NCBI GenBank assembly: GCA_038153405.1
Contig: JAYOYH010000014.1
Span: 6,655 to 55,579, forward strand
Length of the DNA stretch: 48,925 bases
Direction: 5' to 3'
Source of the DNA: Gemmatimonadota bacterium
GTDB taxonomy: Bacteria; Latescibacterota; UBA2968; UBA8231
This document shows, piece after piece, positions 28,535 through 38,116 of this stretch. The notes under the pieces were generated by a model that had not been told where the DNA came from, did not search any database, and saw only the letters and a list, made by a program, of their open reading frames with translations. The first letter of the stretch is position 1. The number at the start of each line of letters is the position of its first letter. Position numbers and translations under genes: made by a program.

Positions 28535-29054
28535 CCGCCGGCGTGCTCATTTAGCACACCTGTGCGCCATGGGGCTGATTCTATTCCAGGCCTGCGCGTC
28601 TGTGCGCCCGGCGCCGCGCTACACCCACGCGAGTTCATCCTCCATCGTGCGCGAATTGGAGGCGCGCCAGCGCGGCGGAAACCAGCGCCTGCGCCACGTA
28701 GTGAATAGCTATATCGGCGTGCCGTATAAATGGGGTGGCACGACGCGCAGCGGCATGGACTGCTCGGCCTTTACCCGTGCAGCCTACCGAGAAACCTACG
28801 GTATTGAACTGCCGCGCACCTCCAAGCAGATGTACCAACTGGGCCAATTCGTGTCGCGCCGCCAAGACCTGCACTCCGGCGATCTGGTCTTCTTCAAAGA
28901 CACCTATTCGGGTGCCGGCATATCGCACGTCGGCGTCTACTTAGGCGACGGCCAGTTTGCCCACGCCAGTTCGAGCCGGGGCGTCACCATTACGCCGCTC
29001 AGCAATCCCTATTTCAACAAACGCTACGCCGGCGGACGCCGCATTGAGCGCTGA
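28512..29054 (+). CDS. NlpC/P60 (C40) cell-wall peptidase lipoprotein
   Basis: GVPYKWGG...GMDCSAF, LPRTS, GDLVFF, HVGVY and FAHASS; lipobox FQAC. Start is GTG 28512 or ATG 28569. Confidence 0.92.
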   Translation: MAFFPTLNRRRAHLAHLCAMGLILFQACASVRPAPRYTHASSSSIVRELEARQRGGNQRLRHVVNSYIGVPYKWGGTTRSGMDCSAFTRAAYRETYGIELPRTSKQMYQLGQFVSRRQDLHSGDLVFFKDTYSGAGISHVGVYLGDGQFAHASSSRGVTITPLSNPYFNKRYAGGRRIER

Positions 29055-30381
29055 GCGCCGGCGCCTTGCCGTTCCGTGGCTGCTGGCCGCAGGCATCGAA
29101 GCAGCGCTGCTCTACATCGTCTCCTTGGGCGATCTGCGCCAGAGCGTGCAGCCGTTTTGGGCCGGTGTCTTCGTCGCCTTTGTGCTCTATACCTGTGCCG
29201 CGCTGTGGACGCTGCGCAAGCCCCATGGATCCACGCGAACCATTCTAATCTGTGCGCTGCTGTTCCGCCTGACCATGTGGCACAGTCCCGCTAGCCTGTC
29301 CGACGATATCTATCGCTACGTGTGGGACGGACGCGTGCAGCTGGCTGGCATCAACCCCTATCGCTACGCGCCAGACGCAGCAGAACTAGAGCCGCTGCGC
29401 GACGCGCTGCACGCCGAAATCAACCACCCGCAAATCCCGACGATTTATCCCCCGCTGGCGCAGCTATTCTTCGCCATGGTCGCTGCGGTGCGCGAAAGTC
29501 CGAGCGCCATCAAGCTCGCCCTCACCGCCTTGGATGTGGGCCTCTGTCTCCTCATAGCGGGCCTGCTGACAGTGCGCAATATGGACCCGCGCCGCGTCGT
29601 GCTCTACGCCTGGCATCCACTGCCGCTGGTGGAAATTGCCGGCAGTGGCCACATTGACATCCTCGGCATATTCTTTGTCATGGCCGCGCTCTATGCACTC
29701 TTCACAGCGCGCAGCGCAATGGCGGCAGCGAGTTTGGCCGCTGCCGCACTGGCCAAACTCGTGCCCGCTTTGCTCTTGCCCATTTTTTGGCTGCATACGG
29801 GCCCTCACGAGCCTCGGCGCCTGCGCAATCTGTGGGGGCTGCGCGGTCGCGCTCCACTATGGGCTTTCCCCCTGTGCATGCTTGTGGGCTTCGCGCCGTA
29901 TGCCGAACTGGGCGGCGATCTATTCACCGGATTGAGCACTTATCTGGGCCACTGGCATTTCAACGATTTCGCTTATTCCGCCATCCGCAGCGCGCTCGCG
30001 CCCGTAGATCCGACAGCCGCCACACATGCTCGCTGGCTGTGTGCCCTGCTGCTGGGCATCGCCCTCATACAGACCCTGCGCCAAACGACCGATCCACTGC
30101 GCGCAGCCTACTGGTCTCTCGGCGCCTACGCGCTGCTGTCTCCCACTCTGCACCCCTGGTATTTGCTATGGATTCTGCCCTTTATGCCCTTTTTCCCGAG
30201 CGCCGCTTGGACGCTCCTGGCGGGTCTTGTCTTTCTCGCTTACGAAGTGCTCATCGACTACAGCCTAAGTGGAATTTGGCTTGAGAAATCGTGGGTTCGA
30301 TGGGCGCAGTATACGCCCTTTTATGCACTGCTGGCTTTGGAGCTCTTTGTCCACCGGCACAACCGCATCAAAAGCGCATAG
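29044..30381 (+). CDS. GT-C fold membrane glycosyltransferase (GT87/DUF2029-like, polyprenol-phosphate-sugar dependent)
   Basis: LSDDIYRYVWDG...GINPY, TIYPPLAQ, YAWHPL..E..GSGH.D and PTLHPWY; many TM helices. Confidence 0.8.
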   Translation: MSAERRRLAVPWLLAAGIEAALLYIVSLGDLRQSVQPFWAGVFVAFVLYTCAALWTLRKPHGSTRTILICALLFRLTMWHSPASLSDDIYRYVWDGRVQLAGINPYRYAPDAAELEPLRDALHAEINHPQIPTIYPPLAQLFFAMVAAVRESPSAIKLALTALDVGLCLLIAGLLTVRNMDPRRVVLYAWHPLPLVEIAGSGHIDILGIFFVMAALYALFTARSAMAAASLAAAALAKLVPALLLPIFWLHTGPHEPRRLRNLWGLRGRAPLWAFPLCMLVGFAPYAELGGDLFTGLSTYLGHWHFNDFAYSAIRSALAPVDPTAATHARWLCALLLGIALIQTLRQTTDPLRAAYWSLGAYALLSPTLHPWYLLWILPFMPFFPSAAWTLLAGLVFLAYEVLIDYSLSGIWLEKSWVRWAQYTPFYALLALELFVHRHNRIKSA

Positions 30382-30574
30382 CCCACGGCGTCGATTCGCC
30401 CTTCGACGTACCAATACCACTGCCGCAGAGATCTCACCCATTTTCTGGGAATGAATATCGCTCTGCATATGTCCAAAAATTAGAGTGAATTTTCCCCGCG
30501 CCAAAGCATCCTAGGTGATATTGGTTCACTTACTGCGTATATTCATATGCCAACCTCTTTACCACGGGAAAGCC

Positions 30575-31183
30575 ATGGTGAGATATCGCAGCGCAGTTGC
30601 GCTCCTAGCGGCGACCGTTCTCTGCTCGGGCTGTCTTGAACTAGTTCGACGCCCCAGCGGGAGCGAACGCCAACGCACCACGCCCGATCGGGCGGCTCCA
30701 ACCGCAAGCCAAGAGGTTGGGACCGCGGGAAACCCCGCGCCCACCCCAGCAGTTGGAATAGAGCGCGCAGCAGCCCCTGCGGCATACGCAGAGCGCAGCA
30801 GCCGCCAGCGCCGCAGCGTTAAGCGGGTCAATGAATACGCGCTCTGGTGCATAGAAAACGATATGTGGAACGAAGCGCGCTCGCACATGGAGCGCGCACT
30901 GGACCAAGACAGCCTTTCAGCCAGCCTGCACAACAACTTGGGCATAGTATACGAGCGCCTCGGGCAGACCGATAAGGCAAGCACATTTTACCAGCGCGCC
31001 CTGCAGCTCAACCCCGGCGAGAAAGCCTATCAAATCAACTTGCAGGAGCTACAGGAACGCCAACAGGCCCTAGCGGACACATCGGAAGCATTCGACCTAT
31101 TTCGCCCAAACGGGCGCGACGGGCGCCGCGTACGACCCGGCGACGGGGGTGGCAATATGCCCCCTGCTTTCACAGGAGAGTGA
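30575..31183 (+). CDS. Tetratricopeptide-repeat lipoprotein
   Basis: Lipobox LCSGC, a Pro/Ala linker and TPRs (LHNNLGIVYERLGQ..KA...YQRAL.LNP). Confidence 0.85.
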   Translation: MVRYRSAVALLAATVLCSGCLELVRRPSGSERQRTTPDRAAPTASQEVGTAGNPAPTPAVGIERAAAPAAYAERSSRQRRSVKRVNEYALWCIENDMWNEARSHMERALDQDSLSASLHNNLGIVYERLGQTDKASTFYQRALQLNPGEKAYQINLQELQERQQALADTSEAFDLFRPNGRDGRRVRPGDGGGNMPPAFTGE

Positions 31184-31187
31184 GAAG

Positions 31188-34100
31188 GTGCGGCAAAACT
31201 CCACAAAAAAGCGTTTTCGCCGAGCTTGGCTCGTCGTGGCCGCACTGCTGATCGCCTCAGGTGTCCGCGACACATGCGCCCAAGACATTTTGACCATGCA
31301 ACTGCAGCAAGGCTTCGGTAAAAACAAGGTTCGCTACAAGGACTTCCAGTGGGAGATCCTCGAGAGCGAGCACCTCGAACTGCACTTTGAAGCCGAGTTC
31401 CACGAACTGGCCGTGCGCGCCGTAGACTACCTCGAAGAAGCCTACGACCACATCAGTGCAATCATGCACCACGAGCTCTCGCACCGCCCACCCATTGTTA
31501 TCTATCAGTCCCAGTACGAATTTCAGCAGACCAATATCATCCACGAGTTTCTGCCGCCCGGCGTCGCCGGCTTTGCCGAGCCGCTGCGCTACCGCATGGT
31601 CATTCCCTTTGACGGCGACCTCGACGAATTTCGCAACGTGTTAGTGCACGAGCTGGCACATATTTTCCAATACGACATCATCTATAAGGGACCGATCAAG
31701 CGCATCACTAACCCGCTGTCGTCTCCACCGACGTGGATTATGGAAGGGCTGGCCGAATACGCGACACCCGGGCGCAATACCATAGACGAGATGGTACTGC
31801 GCGATGCGGTCCTAACCGACGGCCTAGTCCCCATAGAGGCGATGGATGCGGCTTGGGGCATGGGCAACGTCTTTCTGGCCTACAAACAGAGCCACTCCAT
31901 AATGGAGTACATCGCCGCCAATTACGGCCCGGAAAAAGTCAGCCGTATCCTGCGGCTGTGGGACAGCCAAAAGGATACAGACAAGCTGCTCGAGCGACTT
32001 ATCGATATGGATATGAAAGAGCTCGACGAACGCTGGTCTGCGCATATGCGCAAGCACTACTGGCCGCTGCTGCAGACGCGCGATTACGCATCGGAAATCG
32101 CCGATAAGATCGGCGGAGACGACGACGTGTACCAGATGTTTGCCAGCCCGCGCTGGTCGCTCAGCGGCGATATGCTCGCCGTGCTTTCCTCCGACGGTAT
32201 CGAAGAGCACGTCGACATTATACGCCTCGAGGACGCATCCCTCGTCGAGCGCATTACGCGCAGCATGCGCGCGTCGCGCTTCGATCACCTCACCGCTGGG
32301 GGCGGCACAATCGCCTGGGCACCCGATGGCCACACCATTGCCTTTGTCGCCAAAGACGGCGCGCGCGACCGCATTCTCCTGTGGGATCTATACGACAAAG
32401 ACATCGTCAAGACGCTGCGCGTCGACAATATAGAGACCATCGAATCAATCCATTGGGCGCCCGACAGTCGTCGCCTAGCTCTGATAGGAACCGGCTACGG
32501 ACAGAGCGACCTATACGTGCTCGACGTCTACGATGAAACTCTTCAGCAGCTGACGGGATCGCCTCAGCGCGAAGACCACCCGGTTTTTTCACCCGACGGC
32601 AGCAAAATCGCCTACAGCAGCAAGTACAACAATCAGTTCGATATTAGGATCTATGACATGGCGACGGGCGAAGCGCACACGGCCATTGCCAGTCCGAACG
32701 ACGACCTGTGGCCGCAGTGGCTTCCCGAAGGCAACAAGCTGCTCTTTGTATCAACGCGCGACACGATAAACGACCTCTTTGTATATCACCTCGACGAGGG
32801 GCGCGAATATCGGCTAACGCGCACGCTCAGCGGCATTTCTAACCCAGCGCTGTCGCCCGACGGACGCCAGGTCGTTTTCAGCACCTATTTCAAAGGCCGC
32901 AGCGAACTGTATCTGATGGATATGCCCGACATGCCATCCATCAAGCGCAGAGATGCCGAACTACTAGCGCGCATTGGCCAGGTGCAGCCCACTGCACCCG
33001 ATTCGACGCTGGCCGACAGCGGCACAGCGGACATCGCATTCAACCTATCTGACGATACCAGCCGTGTGCGGCCTGCTGCACGCCCGATCGCTCCTCTAAC
33101 CGACCAAGGGGGGCAGCCCGATCTGCGCAGCGCGGCGCCGCTGGAAGACACCCGCATCTCCAGCGCCGTGCTGCTGGCCAACGCGTCTGGCGCGAATGCA
33201 CCCGACGCGCCGCCCGCCCCGTCGGTCGAGGTACCGGCTCCGACGGAACAGGACGACGAGAGCATTAGCGACGGCGGCGTAGAGCGCAAACTCTATACGC
33301 CCAAGCTGGAATTTGACGGTATTTCTGTGCAGATGGGCTATTTTGACGGATTCTTTTCCTCCATCGCCCAGTTGAGCATGAGCGACCTGCTCGGCAATCA
33401 CGGCCTATCGCTGGCGACAGACTACGTCGCGTCACAAGAAGTCAACAACGATTTCAACTTTGCCATTAGCTACGAATACTACGGCAAACGACCAACCTAT
33501 CGCGCATCGATCTTCAACTGGAACCAGTACTACAACAACAGCAGGACGTTTATCTACCGGGGCCTGCTCGTATCGGGCATCAGCAAAGTACAGCAGCGCG
33601 GCATGCTGGCCGATGCCAGCTATCCCCTCGATCTCTATCGCCGCCTGGAACTCAGCTACACGTACGTAGGAGAGCAGGAAGTGTTGGTATGGCCCATAGA
33701 GGAAGTGGGCGCCAGCACCAGCACGCACCTATTCAAGTCGGCCTTCGTGCACGACTCCATCAACTATGGCTTGCTCGGTCCCACGGCGGGCAAGCGCTAT
33801 TTTCTCTCCGTTGGGCGCACGCTGGACGTTGGCGGCTCGACCCGCTCGTTCTCCCATCTCGAACTCGACTACCGCACCTACCTGCGCCTAGGGCGTTGGT
33901 CGGTATTGGGCCTGCGCGCCTACGGCGTCGGCTCGCTGGGCAGCGACGCGCTGTCTTACAACCTCGGCGGTCCAACGTGGTTCCTGCCCTTCTACACCGG
34001 ATTTAACCTCAATACCGGCCCCCTGCGCGGCTACGATTTCTCCGAATTTTCCGGCAGCCGCGTCGCTTTAGCCAACGTCGAACTACGCGTGCCCTTCGTG

Positions 34101-34433
34101 CGCGGCATTCTCTTTGGGTGGCCTACGACCTTCTTGGTGCCCGCCATTGACGGCAGCATCTTTTTCGACATCGGCACTGCGTGGAACAAGGGCGACACGC
34201 TGGATCCGTGGCCGCTCTTCAATCCCGACACCGACCCAGTTCAGCTGCAGCGCGAAGACGAACGGCGCATGGAAGCGGGCCTGTCAATGCGCAGCCCGCT
34301 GCGCGCCAGCGTCGGCTTCGGCCTATTGGTTTACTTCATGTTGCCCATCAACCTCGAGTTTGCCAAGCAAACGGACCTACAGGGGCACTACTCCGACTAC
34401 AAATTTCACCTGAGCTTTGGTAAGAGCTTTTGA
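31188..34433 (+). CDS. Omp85-family barrel fused to an N-terminal gluzincin (peptidase MA-like) domain and a TolB/PD40 beta-propeller
   Basis: FGKNKVRY N-terminus; VHELAH...WIMEGLAEY; repeats PRWS/WAPDG/PVFSPDG/PALSPDG; GPLRGY lid motif; C-terminal FHLSFGKSF. Start is probably GTG 31188. Confidence 0.88.
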   Translation: MRQNSTKKRFRRAWLVVAALLIASGVRDTCAQDILTMQLQQGFGKNKVRYKDFQWEILESEHLELHFEAEFHELAVRAVDYLEEAYDHISAIMHHELSHRPPIVIYQSQYEFQQTNIIHEFLPPGVAGFAEPLRYRMVIPFDGDLDEFRNVLVHELAHIFQYDIIYKGPIKRITNPLSSPPTWIMEGLAEYATPGRNTIDEMVLRDAVLTDGLVPIEAMDAAWGMGNVFLAYKQSHSIMEYIAANYGPEKVSRILRLWDSQKDTDKLLERLIDMDMKELDERWSAHMRKHYWPLLQTRDYASEIADKIGGDDDVYQMFASPRWSLSGDMLAVLSSDGIEEHVDIIRLEDASLVERITRSMRASRFDHLTAGGGTIAWAPDGHTIAFVAKDGARDRILLWDLYDKDIVKTLRVDNIETIESIHWAPDSRRLALIGTGYGQSDLYVLDVYDETLQQLTGSPQREDHPVFSPDGSKIAYSSKYNNQFDIRIYDMATGEAHTAIASPNDDLWPQWLPEGNKLLFVSTRDTINDLFVYHLDEGREYRLTRTLSGISNPALSPDGRQVVFSTYFKGRSELYLMDMPDMPSIKRRDAELLARIGQVQPTAPDSTLADSGTADIAFNLSDDTSRVRPAARPIAPLTDQGGQPDLRSAAPLEDTRISSAVLLANASGANAPDAPPAPSVEVPAPTEQDDESISDGGVERKLYTPKLEFDGISVQMGYFDGFFSSIAQLSMSDLLGNHGLSLATDYVASQEVNNDFNFAISYEYYGKRPTYRASIFNWNQYYNNSRTFIYRGLLVSGISKVQQRGMLADASYPLDLYRRLELSYTYVGEQEVLVWPIEEVGASTSTHLFKSAFVHDSINYGLLGPTAGKRYFLSVGRTLDVGGSTRSFSHLELDYRTYLRLGRWSVLGLRAYGVGSLGSDALSYNLGGPTWFLPFYTGFNLNTGPLRGYDFSEFSGSRVALANVELRVPFVRGILFGWPTTFLVPAIDGSIFFDIGTAWNKGDTLDPWPLFNPDTDPVQLQREDERRMEAGLSMRSPLRASVGFGLLVYFMLPINLEFAKQTDLQGHYSDYKFHLSFGKSF

Positions 34434-35119
34434 ACTATGCGCTCGCAATCAGCCTGAGCCTGCTGCTAGCCGGCTGCGCTCATAATAGCCGCTTTGAACG
34501 CGTGGAATTTCGCGCCCCATCGCAGCCGGACGCCGCTCTGAAGCCCTTTTTAGAGGACGTCGATCGCATGGGCGTTATTTGCGTGACCAATATCGAGCCG
34601 TCGCGCGAAATCGACGTAGAAAAGGTCATGGCCCTGCTTTCCAATGCCACGGTGCGCGGCCTGAGCAGACTCCCCGATATGACCATCGTACCCCAGGATG
34701 AAATCACTTGGAAATTAAAGGACGTGCACTTTGATTCGACCAGCGTATACGCAGACTCCGTGCGCGCGGCTCTGCGCGACACGCTGTCACTAGACGCCAT
34801 CGTCTTTGTCGAACTGCGCCATCTACAGGCGCGGGTGATGCCCGTGATGCCCACGGCCTACGGCATGAGTCCCAGTCCCAGCGTCGACATGAGCGTCGAC
34901 TTGCAGGTCAGTCTGCTCAATATCCATACGGGACAGGCGTGGAAACAGGGCGGTCAGGAACGCAACTTTGAGCCCGTGCGACTGCAGTTAATGGGGGCCA
35001 ACAATCAGAGCGAACGCCAGCTGCTCATGGCCTTGGGCAAACCCATGCAGCGTTTTTTATCGCGCATAGCGCCGGCTCCACGACCCCAAATGCGCCATTT
35101 TGAAACGGATGGAAACTAA
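34430..35119 (+). CDS. Lipoprotein, possible CsgG/TolB-N/LpoB-like alpha/beta fold
   Basis: Lipobox LLAGC; pattern L.LDAIVFVEL ... V.LQVSLLNIHTGQ.W; 4-nt overlap with the Omp85 gene. Confidence 0.72.
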   Translation: MNYALAISLSLLLAGCAHNSRFERVEFRAPSQPDAALKPFLEDVDRMGVICVTNIEPSREIDVEKVMALLSNATVRGLSRLPDMTIVPQDEITWKLKDVHFDSTSVYADSVRAALRDTLSLDAIVFVELRHLQARVMPVMPTAYGMSPSPSVDMSVDLQVSLLNIHTGQAWKQGGQERNFEPVRLQLMGANNQSERQLLMALGKPMQRFLSRIAPAPRPQMRHFETDGN

Positions 35120-35132
35120 CGTAAATAGACGC

Positions 35133-35173
35133 AAAAAAGGGGCGGCGATCCACTTGGATCGCCGCCCCTTTTT
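35133..35173. terminator. Bidirectional intrinsic terminator
   Basis: A6-GGGGCGGCGATCC/GGATCGCCGCCCC-T5 between convergent genes. Confidence 0.9.
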
Positions 35174-35191
35174 ATTTTGTTCCCAACGGCT

Positions 35192-35899
35192 TTAACGCCG
35201 CCGCTTTTTCGGGGTTGCGCTCTCTTTGCCGCTAGTCGTCTTGGACGCCGGTGCCGACGTGCTCACAGCGCTGGGACGCGAAGGCGATGAAGAAGGTGCC
35301 GATGGCGTCGCAATCGAACTCGTGCTGCGCGGCGTCGGATCGGGACGGCGCATTTGCGGAGCCGCGCGCCGTATCCACACGTCCTCTTTGTCGCGCATCT
35401 GCTCACGCGCGCGCGCTTGGTCAACCGAAGAGGGCACGCCATTCTGAATATCGGCCAGCGAAGCGCGGATGTCGTCGAGCTCGCGCGTGCTGACCAGCTC
35501 ATAGCCGGGTGGAACGTAAAAGCCGCGACTGTCCGTATAGTAGGGGTCGTAGCCATAGCTGTGCGGACCATATCCGTAGTGGCCATAGGACGAATACGCC
35601 CCGTAAGGCACTGGATACGCGCCATAGCTGCCAGCGCCGTAGTAGCCGCCCCGCAGCGGATAGCCCGCGCCGTAGGCTCCATAGCTGCCCGGCACACCCG
35701 GATAGCGATAGAAATCGTCTTCGGCAGCGGCATCGCGCTCTGCGGATCGATCGTGCTGGCCATCGCGGTCCGCACGCTCGTACTCGTGTTCGTGCAGCGT
35801 ACTCACGGCATACGGATCGGACAGGACGGTATAGCAGCCGCTCAGTGCGACGCTGCTACAGCAGGCAAAAGCCAGGGCTTGTAGTTTTTTGAAGTTCAT
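35192..35899 (-). CDS. Tyr/Gly-rich low-complexity lipoprotein with a Ser/Pro-rich basic tail
   Basis: Lipobox LSGCYT, YGAYG-like repeats and C-terminal PKKRRR; TTGGTC-N17-TATATT upstream. Confidence 0.75.
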   Translation of the reverse strand: MNFKKLQALAFACCSSVALSGCYTVLSDPYAVSTLHEHEYERADRDGQHDRSAERDAAAEDDFYRYPGVPGSYGAYGAGYPLRGGYYGAGSYGAYPVPYGAYSSYGHYGYGPHSYGYDPYYTDSRGFYVPPGYELVSTRELDDIRASLADIQNGVPSSVDQARAREQMRDKEDVWIRRAAPQMRRPDPTPRSTSSIATPSAPSSSPSRPSAVSTSAPASKTTSGKESATPKKRRR

Positions 35900-36012
35900 A
35901 CAATCACCACCTGATCAAGAGGCGCAGCGCATACGAGCCGTCTTCCTCCATAATATACTCAGCAACGGAGGCGAGACCAAATTGTGCCCGAGACGGACTC
36001 GGTCGTCTGGAG

Positions 36013-37338
36013 TTAAAAGCGATAGGCCAAGCCGACAAAGAGGCGCGTGATCACATCTTCTTCGCGCAGCGCGTTGGTGCGCCCATCCACGGCGACCTCT
36101 TCTACCTGTTCAAATCGACCGCGCACCCAAGCTAGGTCGAACTGGACGACTTCGTCTACCAGCAGACCAGCGCCTAGGGTGAAAAACTGCCGATCTTCCA
36201 CGATGCGAATCGGCGGATCGCCGCTAAAGGGATCGGGGTTGCGCGGACCGACAAAGGGCAGCGGGTCCGTATAGAAACCGGCGCGCAGGTCTAACGCAAT
36301 GACCGGCACCTGCCATTCCGCACCGACGTGATAGCGCACCACATCGCGGTACTGGCGCTCAAACGAGGTATCGGCGCGCAGTTGCCCATCGTCGCCGCCC
36401 TCGTATTCGCTCTGCGACCACTCGGCAAGGTGGACGCCCGCCGCCAATAGCACGCCCGGAATCGGCACGTAAGAGCCGCCGAGCGAAAATTCCAGCGGCA
36501 GGGTGATTTCGTAGCGCCCGCGTATCTCTTCGCTATCCGACCGAATCGTCGACCCGTCGTCGTAATCAATGCGGTTATAGCCATCGGGACTGCCGCGAAA
36601 AACATAGCGCACTTCCTGGCCGAGTCCCGAAGTAATCGAAGCGCCCAAGCGCAGGCGGGGCCGCTCGCGCGGAACGCGCACCATGGCGCCCAATTTGGCA
36701 TACCACGAGCTCCTGTAATCGTCGGAGAATGTATCGGAGGCTAAAAAGCGCCGTTCCCCGTAGAGATCCTGGCGATCCTCCCACGAGAAATCGTTGCTCG
36801 CTTCGTCCTCGCCGCCGGTAACGCCCAGCGTCAAACCCAACGACAGCGAGGAAGAAACGTCAATAGCGACAGCCAGCGAAGAGAGCGCCAACTCGCCTTC
36901 GTGTTGGAATAGATGGTCGACATACAGGCTGTCTACCGCATCCACACCCGTCTGGCGCAGGCTCCAATCGAAGTCCTTTAGGCGACTAAACCCTATGGCA
37001 AATACCAGGCTCCCCTGATACACGGGGTAGGGGTAGACAAAACCCAGCGAACCAAAGCGCGTGTTGCTCAACTGACTGCTGGCCAGGGTCCCGTTGAAGG
37101 CGGATTCTGCGTCTCGGCTGTTGCGCAAAAAGCCGACGCGCACTTCGCGCTGGCGCATCTGAGCTAGGCCCGCCGGATTCCAGTACACGGCGGTAAAATC
37201 GTCGGCCACGCCGGCAAAAGCACCGCCCATACCCATGGCGCGCACGCCGACGCCGGCAAAGTTATCAATCGCCCGCTCCTCCTGCGGCCAGGCGGTGCTA
37301 CCCAGCAAAAAGAGGCACAGCAGCCAGTAAAATCGCAT
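36013..37338 (-). CDS. OmpP1/FadL-family 14-stranded outer-membrane barrel
   Basis: GVRAMGMGGAF..VADD.TA.YWNPAGL hatch motif, LRAGF and C-terminal LAYRF. Confidence 0.88.
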   Translation of the reverse strand: MRFYWLLCLFLLGSTAWPQEERAIDNFAGVGVRAMGMGGAFAGVADDFTAVYWNPAGLAQMRQREVRVGFLRNSRDAESAFNGTLASSQLSNTRFGSLGFVYPYPVYQGSLVFAIGFSRLKDFDWSLRQTGVDAVDSLYVDHLFQHEGELALSSLAVAIDVSSSLSLGLTLGVTGGEDEASNDFSWEDRQDLYGERRFLASDTFSDDYRSSWYAKLGAMVRVPRERPRLRLGASITSGLGQEVRYVFRGSPDGYNRIDYDDGSTIRSDSEEIRGRYEITLPLEFSLGGSYVPIPGVLLAAGVHLAEWSQSEYEGGDDGQLRADTSFERQYRDVVRYHVGAEWQVPVIALDLRAGFYTDPLPFVGPRNPDPFSGDPPIRIVEDRQFFTLGAGLLVDEVVQFDLAWVRGRFEQVEEVAVDGRTNALREEDVITRLFVGLAYRF

Positions 37339-38084
37339 CAGAATTCCTCGGTGTAGACAACGGCTAATTCGCGGCTGGGCTCGGTCGCGTCCATACCGCG
37401 CTGCAGCATGTTCTTAAAAAAGATCGACAGCTTTAGCTGCGGTGCCACGGTCCAGCGAGCGCCGACATTTAAATAGCCCACATCGTCACTGCCATCATTG
37501 AGCGCCAGCTCGTACTCCCCGAGCAGCGATACATCTTCGTTGATGCTTTTGTCGGCACCAACCCATCCGCTGACGCCCTCACCACCCGCCTCTTCGCGAC
37601 TTCTATTAGCCCCGGCATGAATGCCGAACTGACCCAGTGCCGAAGTATAGTTTTTGCTCAACGCCACAAATACGCCCTTCGACTTGCTCTGGTAGCGCCC
37701 TCCGCCGTAGTGGCCAAAGCCCTGCGTCTCATAGCCCAGAACCAGCGCTGGCCACACGGCACTTTCCTCTATGAAGCGATAGCGCGCGGCGACCTCGACG
37801 CGCGGATTCCATTCGACCGCTCCCCGACCTATAATATTGCCCCCGCCAAAGGAAAGGCCGATCGTCAGCCGTTTCAGCGCACCGGCTTGGACCTGACCGA
37901 GCACACCCCCATCGGCGAATAGCCGCAGACCAACCGCGTAGCGCCCCTTGCCAACTAGGCCTGCAGTGGGACTATCGACTAGGCGCGCTAGTTCAGCGGA
38001 CTCGGCCGCTTCGGCACGGCCAAGTAGCCACGCGCTCAGCAGCGCGCACAGTGCACACCCGACTATTCTCCTGTATCTGCGCAA
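37338..38084 (-). CDS. YjbH-like outer-membrane beta-barrel
   Basis: LVDSPTAG N-terminus, PALVLG, FVALSK, GYLNVGARW and C-terminal F; GGAGGG RBS before TTG. Confidence 0.75.
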   Translation of the reverse strand: MRRYRRIVGCALCALLSAWLLGRAEAAESAELARLVDSPTAGLVGKGRYAVGLRLFADGGVLGQVQAGALKRLTIGLSFGGGNIIGRGAVEWNPRVEVAARYRFIEESAVWPALVLGYETQGFGHYGGGRYQSKSKGVFVALSKNYTSALGQFGIHAGANRSREEAGGEGVSGWVGADKSINEDVSLLGEYELALNDGSDDVGYLNVGARWTVAPQLKLSIFFKNMLQRGMDATEPSRELAVVYTEEF

Positions 38085-38116
38085 TACGCCCTCCCTATTT
38101 TCGCAGAAACGCGGCG

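Noticed and set aside
30521..30537. GG-N10-GC sigma54-like motif upstream of the TPR operon
   Set aside because: Poor match to TGGCAC/TTGC. It is better explained as the spacer of a GTGATA-N17-TATATT sigma70-type promoter.
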